From Bacteroidota bacterium (GTDB lineage Bacteria > Bacteroidota > Bacteroidia > Chitinophagales > Chitinophagaceae): DNA of 64,000 bases. The stretch spans positions 13,504 through 77,503 of the forward strand of contig JAZKBI010000016.1 in the NCBI GenBank assembly GCA_040388705.1, in the 5' to 3' direction. The position numbers were made by a program, and so were the translations under genes. Shown piece by piece: positions 1 through 9,089 of this stretch. Each line of letters opens with the position of its first letter. Position 1 is the stretch's first letter. A model generated the notes under the pieces. It did not search any database. It saw only the letters and a list, made by a program, of their open reading frames with translations, and was not told where the DNA came from.

Positions 1-1215
1 GCCGATCAGGGTCACATTGCGGTATGGCAAAAAACCAAGGTCACGCATTGCTGTTTTTGCCATGCCACCTGTTATGTATGCGGCCTGGCTGCTGTCTGTA
101 ACGATCAATACGGGTTTTGCAGAATCTAATGCAAAACGGTAGACCATCCGGTTTGCATTACGCAGGTTGGTAGTGGTATGCCGCGCATGAGGTTCAATAA
201 ATACTGCATTGCCAGGAATACCTAGTTCATTCACCAGGTATTTTTTCATCTCTACGGCTTCGTTGAATGGTGTTTTGAATGGATGGACATGGCCGCCCGA
301 AACCACAATAAAAGGAGCGAGGCCTTTTCTGTATTCTGCAGCTCCGGCAATACAGCGTTTGATGCCGCCGGGGTCAAGTGATACCCCGGGTTTCTCCGGG
401 CCCAGCCCTGGAATCAAAATCATACTATAGGCAAATTGTTTCCATTTAATCTGCGAGATTTTTGCAAAGGCTGCGTTGTTGTAACCGCCGTTCAAGGGTT
501 CATATCTTGCTGCTTCATCCCTGCCATTCAGGTGCAGCAATGCCAGGGCGGTATTAACGGACCTTGTCCAAAATAATCCCTTTATATCTTCGGGTGTGTT
601 TATTGTCCTGGCAACTTCATTGCGAAAGTTAGCATCAAATCCGGGATCGTTTTTTTCAAAGCTGATCGAATCAATTTTTACATAGACAGGCGGTTTGCCT
701 GCCAGGTAAGTGTCGAATATATAATTAACCGCCATAACGCTTGTGTTCCAGGCCGTGCGGAGAAACACCGTATCATGATCAGTTTCTTCTTCAGCATACA
801 AGTGGTTGCTTCTCAGCCGGCTGATAAGCTTTTGGAATATTGGGCTCCTGCGGTACAATTCCTGCAACCTGTTGCCAGCCTGCAACCGTTCCTGGTCATT
901 CCATTTGAGGGAATCGGCCAAACAGTCAACATTGCCGCAGCTTCGCAGTGCCAACTTCCAGCGGCGTTGCTGCGCTGCAGTAATCTTATGCAGTAAAGCA
1001 TCCCTCTTTAGCAGGGAACTGCTGCCTGCATTATTTGTTATACTCAGGAAGAAAGGAAAAATTTTTTGCGCCAGAATGCTGTTATTTACCTTTTGTGCGG
1101 GGCGACTTGTAATGGTATCCCGACCCATATTAAATGCGGCCCGCGCATTTGTACAGGTTATTATGGCCACAAAAAAAAGCAACACAGCGGCACGCATGAA
1201 TTTGTTGTTACACAT
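1..1215 (-). CDS. Secreted YdcF/DUF218 (ElyC/SanA-like) domain protein, 3' end runs off the window
   Basis: Missing from the ORF track because it has no stop in the window. Hand translation from ATG at 1215 gives MCNNKFMRAAVLLFFVAIITCTNARAAF (signal peptide), then LIPGLGP, FIVVSGGHVHPFKTPFNEAVEMKKYLVNELGIPGNAVFIEPHARHTTTNLRNA and VLIVTD, the DUF218 pattern. Confidence 0.8.
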   Translation of the reverse strand, partial: MCNNKFMRAAVLLFFVAIITCTNARAAFNMGRDTITSRPAQKVNNSILAQKIFPFFLSITNNAGSSSLLKRDALLHKITAAQQRRWKLALRSCGNVDCLADSLKWNDQERLQAGNRLQELYRRSPIFQKLISRLRSNHLYAEEETDHDTVFLRTAWNTSVMAVNYIFDTYLAGKPPVYVKIDSISFEKNDPGFDANFRNEVARTINTPEDIKGLFWTRSVNTALALLHLNGRDEAARYEPLNGGYNNAAFAKISQIKWKQFAYSMILIPGLGPEKPGVSLDPGGIKRCIAGAAEYRKGLAPFIVVSGGHVHPFKTPFNEAVEMKKYLVNELGIPGNAVFIEPHARHTTTNLRNANRMVYRFALDSAKPVLIVTDSSQAAYITGGMAKTAMRDLGFLPYRNVTLIG

Positions 1216-1246
1216 TTTGTATTTTAAATCGTTTCTAAAAAAGTAA

Positions 1247-1271
1247 GAAGTGCTGTACGGAACAGCACTTC
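1247..1271 (-). terminator. Probable intrinsic terminator/attenuator between susD-like and DUF218 genes
   Basis: Perfect 10-bp stem GAAGTGCTGT-ACGGA-ACAGCACTTC, followed on the minus strand by TTACTTTTTT. Confidence 0.55.
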
Positions 1272-1297
1272 GGTAATCAGAGATCAACTATCAAAAA

Positions 1298-3055
1298 CTA
1301 TTTCCAACCTGGGTTTTGTGTCAGTTTTGGGTTAAGGGCAATATCCTCCAGCGGAATGGGGTAGAGATAATCTTTACTTTCATCAAAACTGATCGTGATA
1401 CCTTTTAATGGATAGAAGTTTCCGGATGTTCCGTTTGTCAAAGCCTTTTGATTTACATTAATGATGCTGGTTGTTCCGGCGGGTGCGCCCGCAGCGTTAC
1501 CATTGTGCAGGAATACATCTGTTTTTCCATCGTTATCAAAGTCAAATGAGCCGAGGCTTGGAAAATAAATACCCACCATGGGTTGCTCCAGCTTTTTGCC
1601 TTCTTTCCAGCGCATCAGGTCATCCCAGCGAAGGCCTTCATTGAACATTTCTATCCTGCGCTCGCGCCTGATCTCCAGGATCACTCCCTTATTGGCGCCG
1701 CTTTCCACGTTCGGGTATTGTGTAAACAGGTACGGATCGGGGCTTGCATTGGCCGCCGCCAGGTTCATATTTGGCATGCCCGCTCTTGCACGCAGCAGGT
1801 TGATTGATTTATCCAAATCGGCCTGGGTAAGGGTACCGAGTTCTGCTTTAGCTTCTGCAAAGTTCAGCAGCGTTTCTGCATACCTTAAAATTATCAGGTC
1901 GGAATACGACCCATTGGATACCCACTGGTCTCTCGTTGATAATGCCTTTGACACCCTGTATCCTGTAGTTGTAATACTAAGGGTAACGGGTTCCTTGGCC
2001 GTTTCTCCATATGCTGCAAAATTTGGCCCAACCGTTGTTTGGGAAAGGCGTGGGTCGCGGTTCTGCATTTCATCGTAGAACTGCTTTGTCTGGTAATTAG
2101 GGATATCGGTAAAGCGCGTTCCGTCTTTCATCAGGTAACTATTGATAAAATCTTTTGGAATGCCATATGCACCGCCTGTGGCAGACGTCATAAAATAGTT
2201 GATGCCATTCACCTGGAAATCCTTGTTGAAATCCCTGGCAAGGATGGTTTCCGTAACGTCCTGGTCTTTGCGTGCAAACAATTCCCTATAAGCAACCGTT
2301 GGCCCGCCCGTTGTAAACAGTTTGTAGGCGCCTGATGTCATCAGCGTTTCGGCAGCAGCCGCTGCTTCGGTAAGGAATTTATCATAATTGCCAAGTCCAT
2401 GGTATTTTCTATATGTTCCCTCAAACAAACATATCCGCGTTTTTAATGCCAGTGCAGTATAACCGCTTACTGTATTCAACTGTACGGCCTTGGGAATGTT
2501 GTTGATGGCATAATCGAGATCAGCAAGCACTGTATCCATTACAAGGACGCGCGAATCGCGGGGCTTATAAAGATCAGGGTCACTCGCCTCCAGCACTTTC
2601 GTGTATAATGGTACATCTCCGAAAGTTTTTACCTTATCATAATAAAACCAAGCCCGGAAAAACCTGGCAATACCGCCATATTTAAGTTTTGCCGCAGCGT
2701 CAGGACATTTTTGGTAATTCTCAAGGAAATAATTGATGGACCTTAGGTTCGCGAAATTCCAACCGCCGGTTCCGCGCGCAACCGGTACCACCCTGGCGCC
2801 CTTTACGCGGTCTGCTGCCAGCAGGGGGATGATGTTATCTGACGAGGCATCGTCGGTATAAACCGTATAAATGGTTGATGATGACAACGGTACCAGATCA
2901 TAGAAACGATTGGTATATACGTTAAGGTCCGTTGCGTTGTTAAAAAATGCGTCTGCGTCTATCTTGTCCTGCGGGATTACATCCAGGAAGTCTTTTTTGC
3001 AACCGGTCATAACAAGAAAGCACAAACCGATGATGGCTATAAATGTTTTTTTCAT
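1298..3055 (-). CDS. RagB/SusD family nutrient-uptake lipoprotein
   Basis: Lipobox LVMTGC-KKDFLD; SusD motifs ARFFRAWFY, LRYAETLLNFAEA, RRERRIEMFNEGLRWDDLMRW and YLYPIP...NPKLTQNPGW. Confidence 0.95.
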   Translation of the reverse strand: MKKTFIAIIGLCFLVMTGCKKDFLDVIPQDKIDADAFFNNATDLNVYTNRFYDLVPLSSSTIYTVYTDDASSDNIIPLLAADRVKGARVVPVARGTGGWNFANLRSINYFLENYQKCPDAAAKLKYGGIARFFRAWFYYDKVKTFGDVPLYTKVLEASDPDLYKPRDSRVLVMDTVLADLDYAINNIPKAVQLNTVSGYTALALKTRICLFEGTYRKYHGLGNYDKFLTEAAAAAETLMTSGAYKLFTTGGPTVAYRELFARKDQDVTETILARDFNKDFQVNGINYFMTSATGGAYGIPKDFINSYLMKDGTRFTDIPNYQTKQFYDEMQNRDPRLSQTTVGPNFAAYGETAKEPVTLSITTTGYRVSKALSTRDQWVSNGSYSDLIILRYAETLLNFAEAKAELGTLTQADLDKSINLLRARAGMPNMNLAAANASPDPYLFTQYPNVESGANKGVILEIRRERRIEMFNEGLRWDDLMRWKEGKKLEQPMVGIYFPSLGSFDFDNDGKTDVFLHNGNAAGAPAGTTSIINVNQKALTNGTSGNFYPLKGITISFDESKDYLYPIPLEDIALNPKLTQNPGWK

Positions 3056-3066
3056 TTTCTGCTGAT

Positions 3067-6000
3067 TTAAAATGTTACGCTCAATCCGAATGAATACACT
3101 TTTCCTAAAGGATACGATTCTCCTGCCCTTGCAATGGTTGTTGCATTACCCGGGCTTGAATAATTGATGCCTGAACCCGCGGTTTCAGGATCGATATACT
3201 TGGTGAGGTTGCCAAAACTCCAGGTAAACAGGTTCTCGCCGCTGAAGTATACCCGAAGGCGCTGAATACTTATTTTCTTAGTGAGTTTTTCAGGCAGTGT
3301 ATAACCAAGGGTAAGGTTCTTGATACGCAGGTAGCCAACATTGGTGAGATAATAATCGTTTACCTCGCCAAGTGAGCGCAATGCGCCAAGTGATGCATAT
3401 CCCCTGCTGATCTGCGGGTAGGTATTTTGCGGAGTCTCCGGCGTCCACGCATTGGTGATAAGGTCTTTGCGGATGAACGACAGGTAAGGCCTTTCATAAC
3501 TGCCCCAGTAAATATTACCGGTAGGATACCAGTCCTGGTGCATCACACCGGTTCCTGCAATCATCAGGTCAAAGTTTTTCCATTCAGCGCTGACATTAAA
3601 TCCAAATGGAAGTTTTGGCATGGCGTTACCGATCTTCACCAGGTCGCCATGATTGGCCAGTGTATTGTTGCCCTTGTTAATTGCGCCATCCCCGTTCACA
3701 TCCGCATAGATCAGGTCTCCGCCGCGCAGTCCTTTGAACTGGGTATTCTGTACAATGTTCAGTTCATAATTATATACCTGGCCTAGGCTCGTTGATGGAT
3801 TGGTGAATTTTGCCTGGTAGGCCTGCGCCTCTGCATCGCTCTGGAACTGGCCGTTTATATGATAACCGTAGATATCACCCAGCTGCTGACCTTCGTAAAA
3901 AGAACTCATTAACCCATTGGGGTTTGGATACTTGGTTATTACGCCGGTGAAATTGTATAGACTAACGGTAGCTTTTATACGGAGTGGGGCGCCTTTTACG
4001 TTGAACATGTCATGGTAACTGAGCGACAATTCAAAACCCCGATCGCGCAAACTCGCAATGTTTTCCTTGGGTTCTGAAGCGCCAAATACCGCCGGCAGTG
4101 GCTGACCGGGTACATACATTCCGGAGATATCTTTCTGGTACCAGTCAAATGAAGCCGTGAGTTTGTCGTGGAAGAAACCCAGGTCAGCGCCAAAATCTAT
4201 CGTCTTGGAATTTTCCCAGCTTACAACGCTAGGCAGCGGCGCCGGGGCACCCACATAATTCAGGCGTGAGCCGTTTACCAGCCAGCCGGTTTGCCCGGTA
4301 GAAAGAATTTGTGAGAACGTGTAAAGATCAATATTCTGGTTACCGAGTTGGCCGTAAGATGCCCTCAGCTTGAGCGTGTTAACAGTATTCTTAAATGACT
4401 TGAAAAAATTTTCGCGGCTCAGGTACCATCCCGCAGAAACAGAAGGGAAAAATCCATACCTGCTGATGGCCGGAAAACGGGATGACCCGTCGTAACGACC
4501 GTTAACTTCCAGCAGGTATTTATTTTTATAGTCGTAGTTGAACCTGCCGAAATAACCCATCACTGACCAAACACTACCCGAACCGGTAGCCTGCAACATA
4601 TTGGTGCCCAAATTTAAGCTTGACAGGTTATTGATGAGCAGGTTGCCCTGCTGTACGGTTATATTATCTGCATTGAACTCTTCCTGGTTATAACCCAGCA
4701 GCAGTTTCAGATGATGCGCATCATTGGCAAGGCTTTTTGAATAAGTACCATACACATTGAGTGCATTGTAATAATTGCGGTTGCGGATTTCAGTCAGGCT
4801 GTTAACCCCAACAGTGGATGGTATAGCCTTAATGGTGGTTAGATAGGTTATAGGATTTTCCCTCACGGTATTCGCAACCTGGTTGATCGTATTGCTGTAA
4901 TCGATATTCAATACGAGGTCCTTGATAGGGGTGATTTTACCGCTAAGGGTATTCACCAATTGCTCCGAATAGTTGCGCGCATAGTTGTCACGGTTGGCAA
5001 GCGCTGCGATCTGGCCATAACCATTGTAATCATATGGCACACCGTCAATCATGCTCGGCATAAAAGGGAACAGGAAATAATAGGTGTTGCCATTATAGAT
5101 ACCACTGTACCCGCTTTTGGAACCTGCATAGTCTATCTGGTTAGAGGTGCTCACAGAAATATTGTCGCCAACTTCAAGCCACTTGTTTGCTTTGAAATTT
5201 ATGTTCCCTTTGATATTGTATTTAACCAAACTGGCCCCAACATTTGTTTGGATGGTGCCCACGTTGTATGACCTTCCGGAGAGGTATGCCTGCACTTTAT
5301 CATTTCCACCCGAGATGGAAATATTGTGTGTTTGTGACGGCTGCCATTGCCTGAAGATGAGATCATACCAGTTGGTATTGTCAAAGAATTTGTAAGACCC
5401 GTCAGCTTGTTTTTCCCTGAACGGCGCAAGTGTACCTGCCGCCACCTGCCGCGCTTTGTCATAATCCGCTTCGGTAGTCCAGCCGGTATAATTGGTGCCA
5501 TTGTACCCCGATAGTGCAGCATCGACCGTTCTGCCATAAACATAAGGGTCACTGATATAGTCTGTTCTCACAATTGGCGTGGTGGCGCCGAAATTGTTGG
5601 TATAGTTAACAACAATAGTTCCATCCCTTCCTTTTTTGGTGGTAACAAGAATTACCCCGAAGGCGCCGCGCGCACCGTATATCGCAGCGGAGGCAGCATC
5701 TTTCAAAACTGTTACGTTCTCTACATCGAGCGGGTTAACGCGGTCGATGTCGCCCTGGATTCCATCTATGAGTATCAGGGGCGAACCGCCGTTAATGGAG
5801 TTGAATCCACGGATATTGATATCAGGTTTGTCACTGGGATCACCGGTATTTGCCTGGATATTTAATCCCGGCAGCAATCCCTGCAATGAGTTGGTCAGAT
5901 TAGCCGTAGGATGGTTGCCGATATCCGTTCCGGAAACCTGTACCACAGCACCTGTAAGATTCACTTTTTTCTGTACACCATAACCCACCACCACTACTTC

Positions 6001-6633
6001 GTTCAGGTTCTGCACACTTTCCGTAAGCGACACCGCGCTCAGGGCCGCAACATTCTTTGCGGCGAATTCACGGGTAATATAGCCGGTAAAACTTATGATG
6101 ATCGTTTCGTTTTCGTCCACATCGGTCAGTTCAAACGAGCCTTCTGCGTTGGTTACGGTCACTTTGCTTTCGCTCCTGGTTTTTACGGATGCGCCGGCAA
6201 GGGCATTTCCGTTTTTGTCTGTTACGCGACCTTTAACCGGAATCCGAAGCATCACCGGTTCTGCGGGTGTGGCGACCAAAGTTTTCTCCTGCAGCAGTAT
6301 GGTCCGGTCTACGATTTTGTAATCGAGGGCAAGGTTTTTGAAACAGGCAGCCAGGGTTTCTTCTATTGATGCTCTCTTAACCTGCACTTTTACCATTTGC
6401 TCAACATCTTTCGCATCGTAAAAAAACACGTATTGCGATTGTGCTTCAATGGCTTTGAGTACTTTCTTCAGCGGCACATTCACCTCATCGAGTGTAATCC
6501 GCTGGCTGTATCCCCTGGCGCTGACATCTGCCAGGCCCAGGATCATTATAAAGGTTATCAGTTTCATCACCAATGCGATTTTTGGGGGCAGCCATACGCG
6601 TGGTATGGCCAGGAAACAATTGGGTAAATTCAT
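3067..6633 (-). CDS. SusC/RagA TonB-dependent receptor with N-terminal STN signalling extension
   Basis: STN-like N-terminus, VVVGYG..KK.NLTGAV, plug motif NPLDVENVTVLKDAASAAIYGARGAFGVILVTTKKG, C-terminal SFGLSVTF. Confidence 0.95.
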   Translation of the reverse strand: MNLPNCFLAIPRVWLPPKIALVMKLITFIMILGLADVSARGYSQRITLDEVNVPLKKVLKAIEAQSQYVFFYDAKDVEQMVKVQVKRASIEETLAACFKNLALDYKIVDRTILLQEKTLVATPAEPVMLRIPVKGRVTDKNGNALAGASVKTRSESKVTVTNAEGSFELTDVDENETIIISFTGYITREFAAKNVAALSAVSLTESVQNLNEVVVVGYGVQKKVNLTGAVVQVSGTDIGNHPTANLTNSLQGLLPGLNIQANTGDPSDKPDINIRGFNSINGGSPLILIDGIQGDIDRVNPLDVENVTVLKDAASAAIYGARGAFGVILVTTKKGRDGTIVVNYTNNFGATTPIVRTDYISDPYVYGRTVDAALSGYNGTNYTGWTTEADYDKARQVAAGTLAPFREKQADGSYKFFDNTNWYDLIFRQWQPSQTHNISISGGNDKVQAYLSGRSYNVGTIQTNVGASLVKYNIKGNINFKANKWLEVGDNISVSTSNQIDYAGSKSGYSGIYNGNTYYFLFPFMPSMIDGVPYDYNGYGQIAALANRDNYARNYSEQLVNTLSGKITPIKDLVLNIDYSNTINQVANTVRENPITYLTTIKAIPSTVGVNSLTEIRNRNYYNALNVYGTYSKSLANDAHHLKLLLGYNQEEFNADNITVQQGNLLINNLSSLNLGTNMLQATGSGSVWSVMGYFGRFNYDYKNKYLLEVNGRYDGSSRFPAISRYGFFPSVSAGWYLSRENFFKSFKNTVNTLKLRASYGQLGNQNIDLYTFSQILSTGQTGWLVNGSRLNYVGAPAPLPSVVSWENSKTIDFGADLGFFHDKLTASFDWYQKDISGMYVPGQPLPAVFGASEPKENIASLRDRGFELSLSYHDMFNVKGAPLRIKATVSLYNFTGVITKYPNPNGLMSSFYEGQQLGDIYGYHINGQFQSDAEAQAYQAKFTNPSTSLGQVYNYELNIVQNTQFKGLRGGDLIYADVNGDGAINKGNNTLANHGDLVKIGNAMPKLPFGFNVSAEWKNFDLMIAGTGVMHQDWYPTGNIYWGSYERPYLSFIRKDLITNAWTPETPQNTYPQISRGYASLGALRSLGEVNDYYLTNVGYLRIKNLTLGYTLPEKLTKKISIQRLRVYFSGENLFTWSFGNLTKYIDPETAGSGINYSSPGNATTIARAGESYPLGKVYSFGLSVTF

Positions 6634-6709
6634 TAGTTTTGTTTTGGGTTAAAGTAAAAATGATCTACAGATTATCGATCCCGTTTTACGGGAATACTTT
6701 GCCCTTTTG

Positions 6710-6745
6710 CCGTAGAAGTGCTTCGAACCACTTCTGCGGTTTTTT
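6710..6745 (+). promoter_or_regulatory. Hairpin between fecR and susC (11-bp stem plus T6 on the + strand)
   Basis: CCGTAGAAGTG-CTTCGAAC-CACTTCTGCGG-TTTTTT. Confidence 0.45.
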
Positions 6746-6815
6746 ATGGGCGGAACCTTCCTCAGGTTGGTTTTGGTTTTGCTGTTTTCATTTGGTCAGT
6801 TTTTAATAATAATAA

Positions 6816-8033
6816 TTATGGCATTACTATGATCTTCCTTCCTTCGATCCTGAAATGGATCTGCTTATAGCTGAGTACATCGGCCACCTTCAATGCCGTA
6901 ATGTTTCGATAGATCTTCCCGGAGAATACCCGTTTAGGAACTTCGCCTTCATAACTTACCTCTACATCATACCATCTCGATAATTGCCGCATCACTGTTT
7001 TTATATCCGCTTCCTGGAATTTAAACAGTCCTTCGTGCCAGGCCATCGCTTCTTCCACATCTGCGTCCTTGTTTATGATGATGCGCTGGTCTGCGTGTAC
7101 CACTGCCTGGTGGCCTGGCTGCAAAACCGCGCTACTTGTTCCATTTGAAATTCTTACCGAACCTTCCAGCAAAGTAGTTTTGATGGCAGGCTCATCACTA
7201 TAAGCATTAATGTTGAAATGGGTTCCGAGTACTTCAATTTTTTGTCCCGCAACAGACACTGTAAATGGTTTGGAAGCATCATGGGCCACTTCAAAATAAA
7301 CTTCGCCGGTGATCTCTACGCTGCGGCTGCTTCCCGCAAATACAGAAGGATACCTGATAGAAGAAGCAGCATTCAGCCACACTTTTGTACCATCTGAAAG
7401 AGTCAAATCGTATTTGCCGCCCCGGGGTGTACTTAACACATTATAGGCAATTGCAGCAGGCTGCTGTTCGGCAGGCGCTGATGCTTCGTAAATAACCTGC
7501 CCATCAGCTGTTTTTCGGATGATGGCCTGGTCCTCTTTGGCCAGTTCACCATTCTTTGCGTTATTGAGATTGATTCGCTTGCCGTTTGACAGAACCAGGA
7601 TGGCCTTGTTGCCGCCCGGCTCAAGGTTTTGGGGGGCAGCAGCAACAACTGACGGCTGCGTTACAGGCGCCTGTTTCGATTTGGAATTATAAAGAAAGGC
7701 TCCACTGGCTAAAATGATGATAACAGACGCGGCCGCTGCAACACCGCGCCAGATGTTGCGGCGCCGAATAAATACAACTGGCACCGGATTTTGCTGTACA
7801 ACCTGCGATTCACGGATGGTATTTATGATGATGGAGTATGCCGAATCAGCCACCTGTTGCAGGCGCTCATCGCTTCCCACCGCATCCGGCGCTTCCATTG
7901 CGGCCAGGACAAGGGGGTGGAGTTCAGACTCTCGGTCTGTATTGAAATATTGAAAAAGAACGCTGATGTCTTCTTCAGAACATTTGTTTGCGAGGTACCG
8001 GCTAAAAAGTGCGTTAAGCTGTTGATTTTCCAA
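6816..8033 (-). CDS. FecR family anti-sigma factor
   Basis: Transmembrane segment followed by TPRGGKYDLTLSDGTKVWLNAASSIRYP, GEVYFEV, VLGTHFNINAY and C-terminal AWHEGLFKF. TTG start. Confidence 0.93.
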   Translation of the reverse strand: MENQQLNALFSRYLANKCSEEDISVLFQYFNTDRESELHPLVLAAMEAPDAVGSDERLQQVADSAYSIIINTIRESQVVQQNPVPVVFIRRRNIWRGVAAAASVIIILASGAFLYNSKSKQAPVTQPSVVAAAPQNLEPGGNKAILVLSNGKRINLNNAKNGELAKEDQAIIRKTADGQVIYEASAPAEQQPAAIAYNVLSTPRGGKYDLTLSDGTKVWLNAASSIRYPSVFAGSSRSVEITGEVYFEVAHDASKPFTVSVAGQKIEVLGTHFNINAYSDEPAIKTTLLEGSVRISNGTSSAVLQPGHQAVVHADQRIIINKDADVEEAMAWHEGLFKFQEADIKTVMRQLSRWYDVEVSYEGEVPKRVFSGKIYRNITALKVADVLSYKQIHFRIEGRKIIVMP

Positions 8034-8114
8034 GCAGTCGTTTATACCAATACGAATGAATGCGAAGAAACATATGCCCGGGGTTGAAAAAAATAGTAAG
8101 AAAAACAGGAATAG

Positions 8115-8723
8115 TTATACCGCAGCGCCGATTGCAGAAGAAACCAGCAGCAGCAAGGCAACTTCATTGGCGATAAAATAGTGTTTGACCAAACGGGTGG
8201 CTTTCACAACGTGGTCGTTTACTGTACCGGATGATATACCAAGGAGTTGGGCAACTTCATCATAGCTCCTGCCTTCGAGCTTACAGAGGATAAAGATCTT
8301 TTTACGTTGCGGAGGCAGGCTATTAATGGCCATTTGCAGGGCAGCGTTACTTTCCCTGAAATTGATACTTTCTTCTGTGTTGTTTGCTCCGCCGGTAGCC
8401 ACCCGCGTAATATGAGCGATCAGTTTGCGGTCGCAGGCTGCTTTTCTCAGGTGATCAATAACTTTATTACCTGCTATCCTGAACAGGAAGGCGCCGAAAG
8501 AACGCTCAGGATCAAGGACTGCCCGCTTTTCCCAGATCTTCAAAAAAATATCCTGCAGCAGTTCTTTAGCTGTTTCTTCATCCTTCACCAGGCAAACAAG
8601 TTTTTTCAGGAGGGAAACGCTATATCTGCGGTATAGTGTAGCAAATGCCTGTTCGTCGCCATCTCTTAGCAAAATGACCAGTTCTTTCTCCTCTCGAAGC
8701 TCTGTCAGATCTTTGTACTGCAT
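8115..8723 (-). CDS. ECF RNA polymerase sigma-70 factor (Bacteroidota ECF-FecR type)
   Basis: GDEQAFATLYRRY, ELLQDIFLKIWE, and region 4 LPPQRKKIFILCKLEGRSYDEVAQLLGISSGTV. Confidence 0.93.
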   Translation of the reverse strand: MQYKDLTELREEKELVILLRDGDEQAFATLYRRYSVSLLKKLVCLVKDEETAKELLQDIFLKIWEKRAVLDPERSFGAFLFRIAGNKVIDHLRKAACDRKLIAHITRVATGGANNTEESINFRESNAALQMAINSLPPQRKKIFILCKLEGRSYDEVAQLLGISSGTVNDHVVKATRLVKHYFIANEVALLLLVSSAIGAAV

Positions 8724-8931
8724 CAGAAAACGATTGATGTTGAGATCATTTTGGTGTTGACGCCGCCCAAAGGTTTCAACAGCAATATGAAATTAGACAG
8801 AGTGAACTATTTTTCCAAGAAGTTTTTCTCCTAATGGTCAGGCGGCATGTAGTGGTAATGAATACTTCGCAAAGCATGCTGTCTGGTGCCTTCCTTTCTC
8901 CGCAATGTTTTCATCATCACGCTGATGCAGA

Positions 8932-8986
8932 AAACGCGAAGTGTTCGCCACGAATGTCTTCCGCCTGGGCGGAGACTTCGCGGTTT
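8932..8986. repeat. Nested REP-like inverted repeat
   Basis: Outer arms AAACGCGAAGT and ACTTCGCGGTTT enclosing TCCGCC-TG-GGCGGA (8960-8973). Confidence 0.45.
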
Positions 8987-9089
8987 GAATTAAAAAATAA
9001 TTTTCTATCACTAACCGTGTTGAGGATACCTGCCAAAGTAAATGTAAACGGCAAATGTGTCAATAGGTTCCTTTTATATTTATAAAAAT

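Noticed and set aside
209-1246. Plus-strand ORFs 209-430, 775-996 and 806-1246
   Set aside because: They are antisense shadows of the minus-strand DUF218 gene that the track missed.
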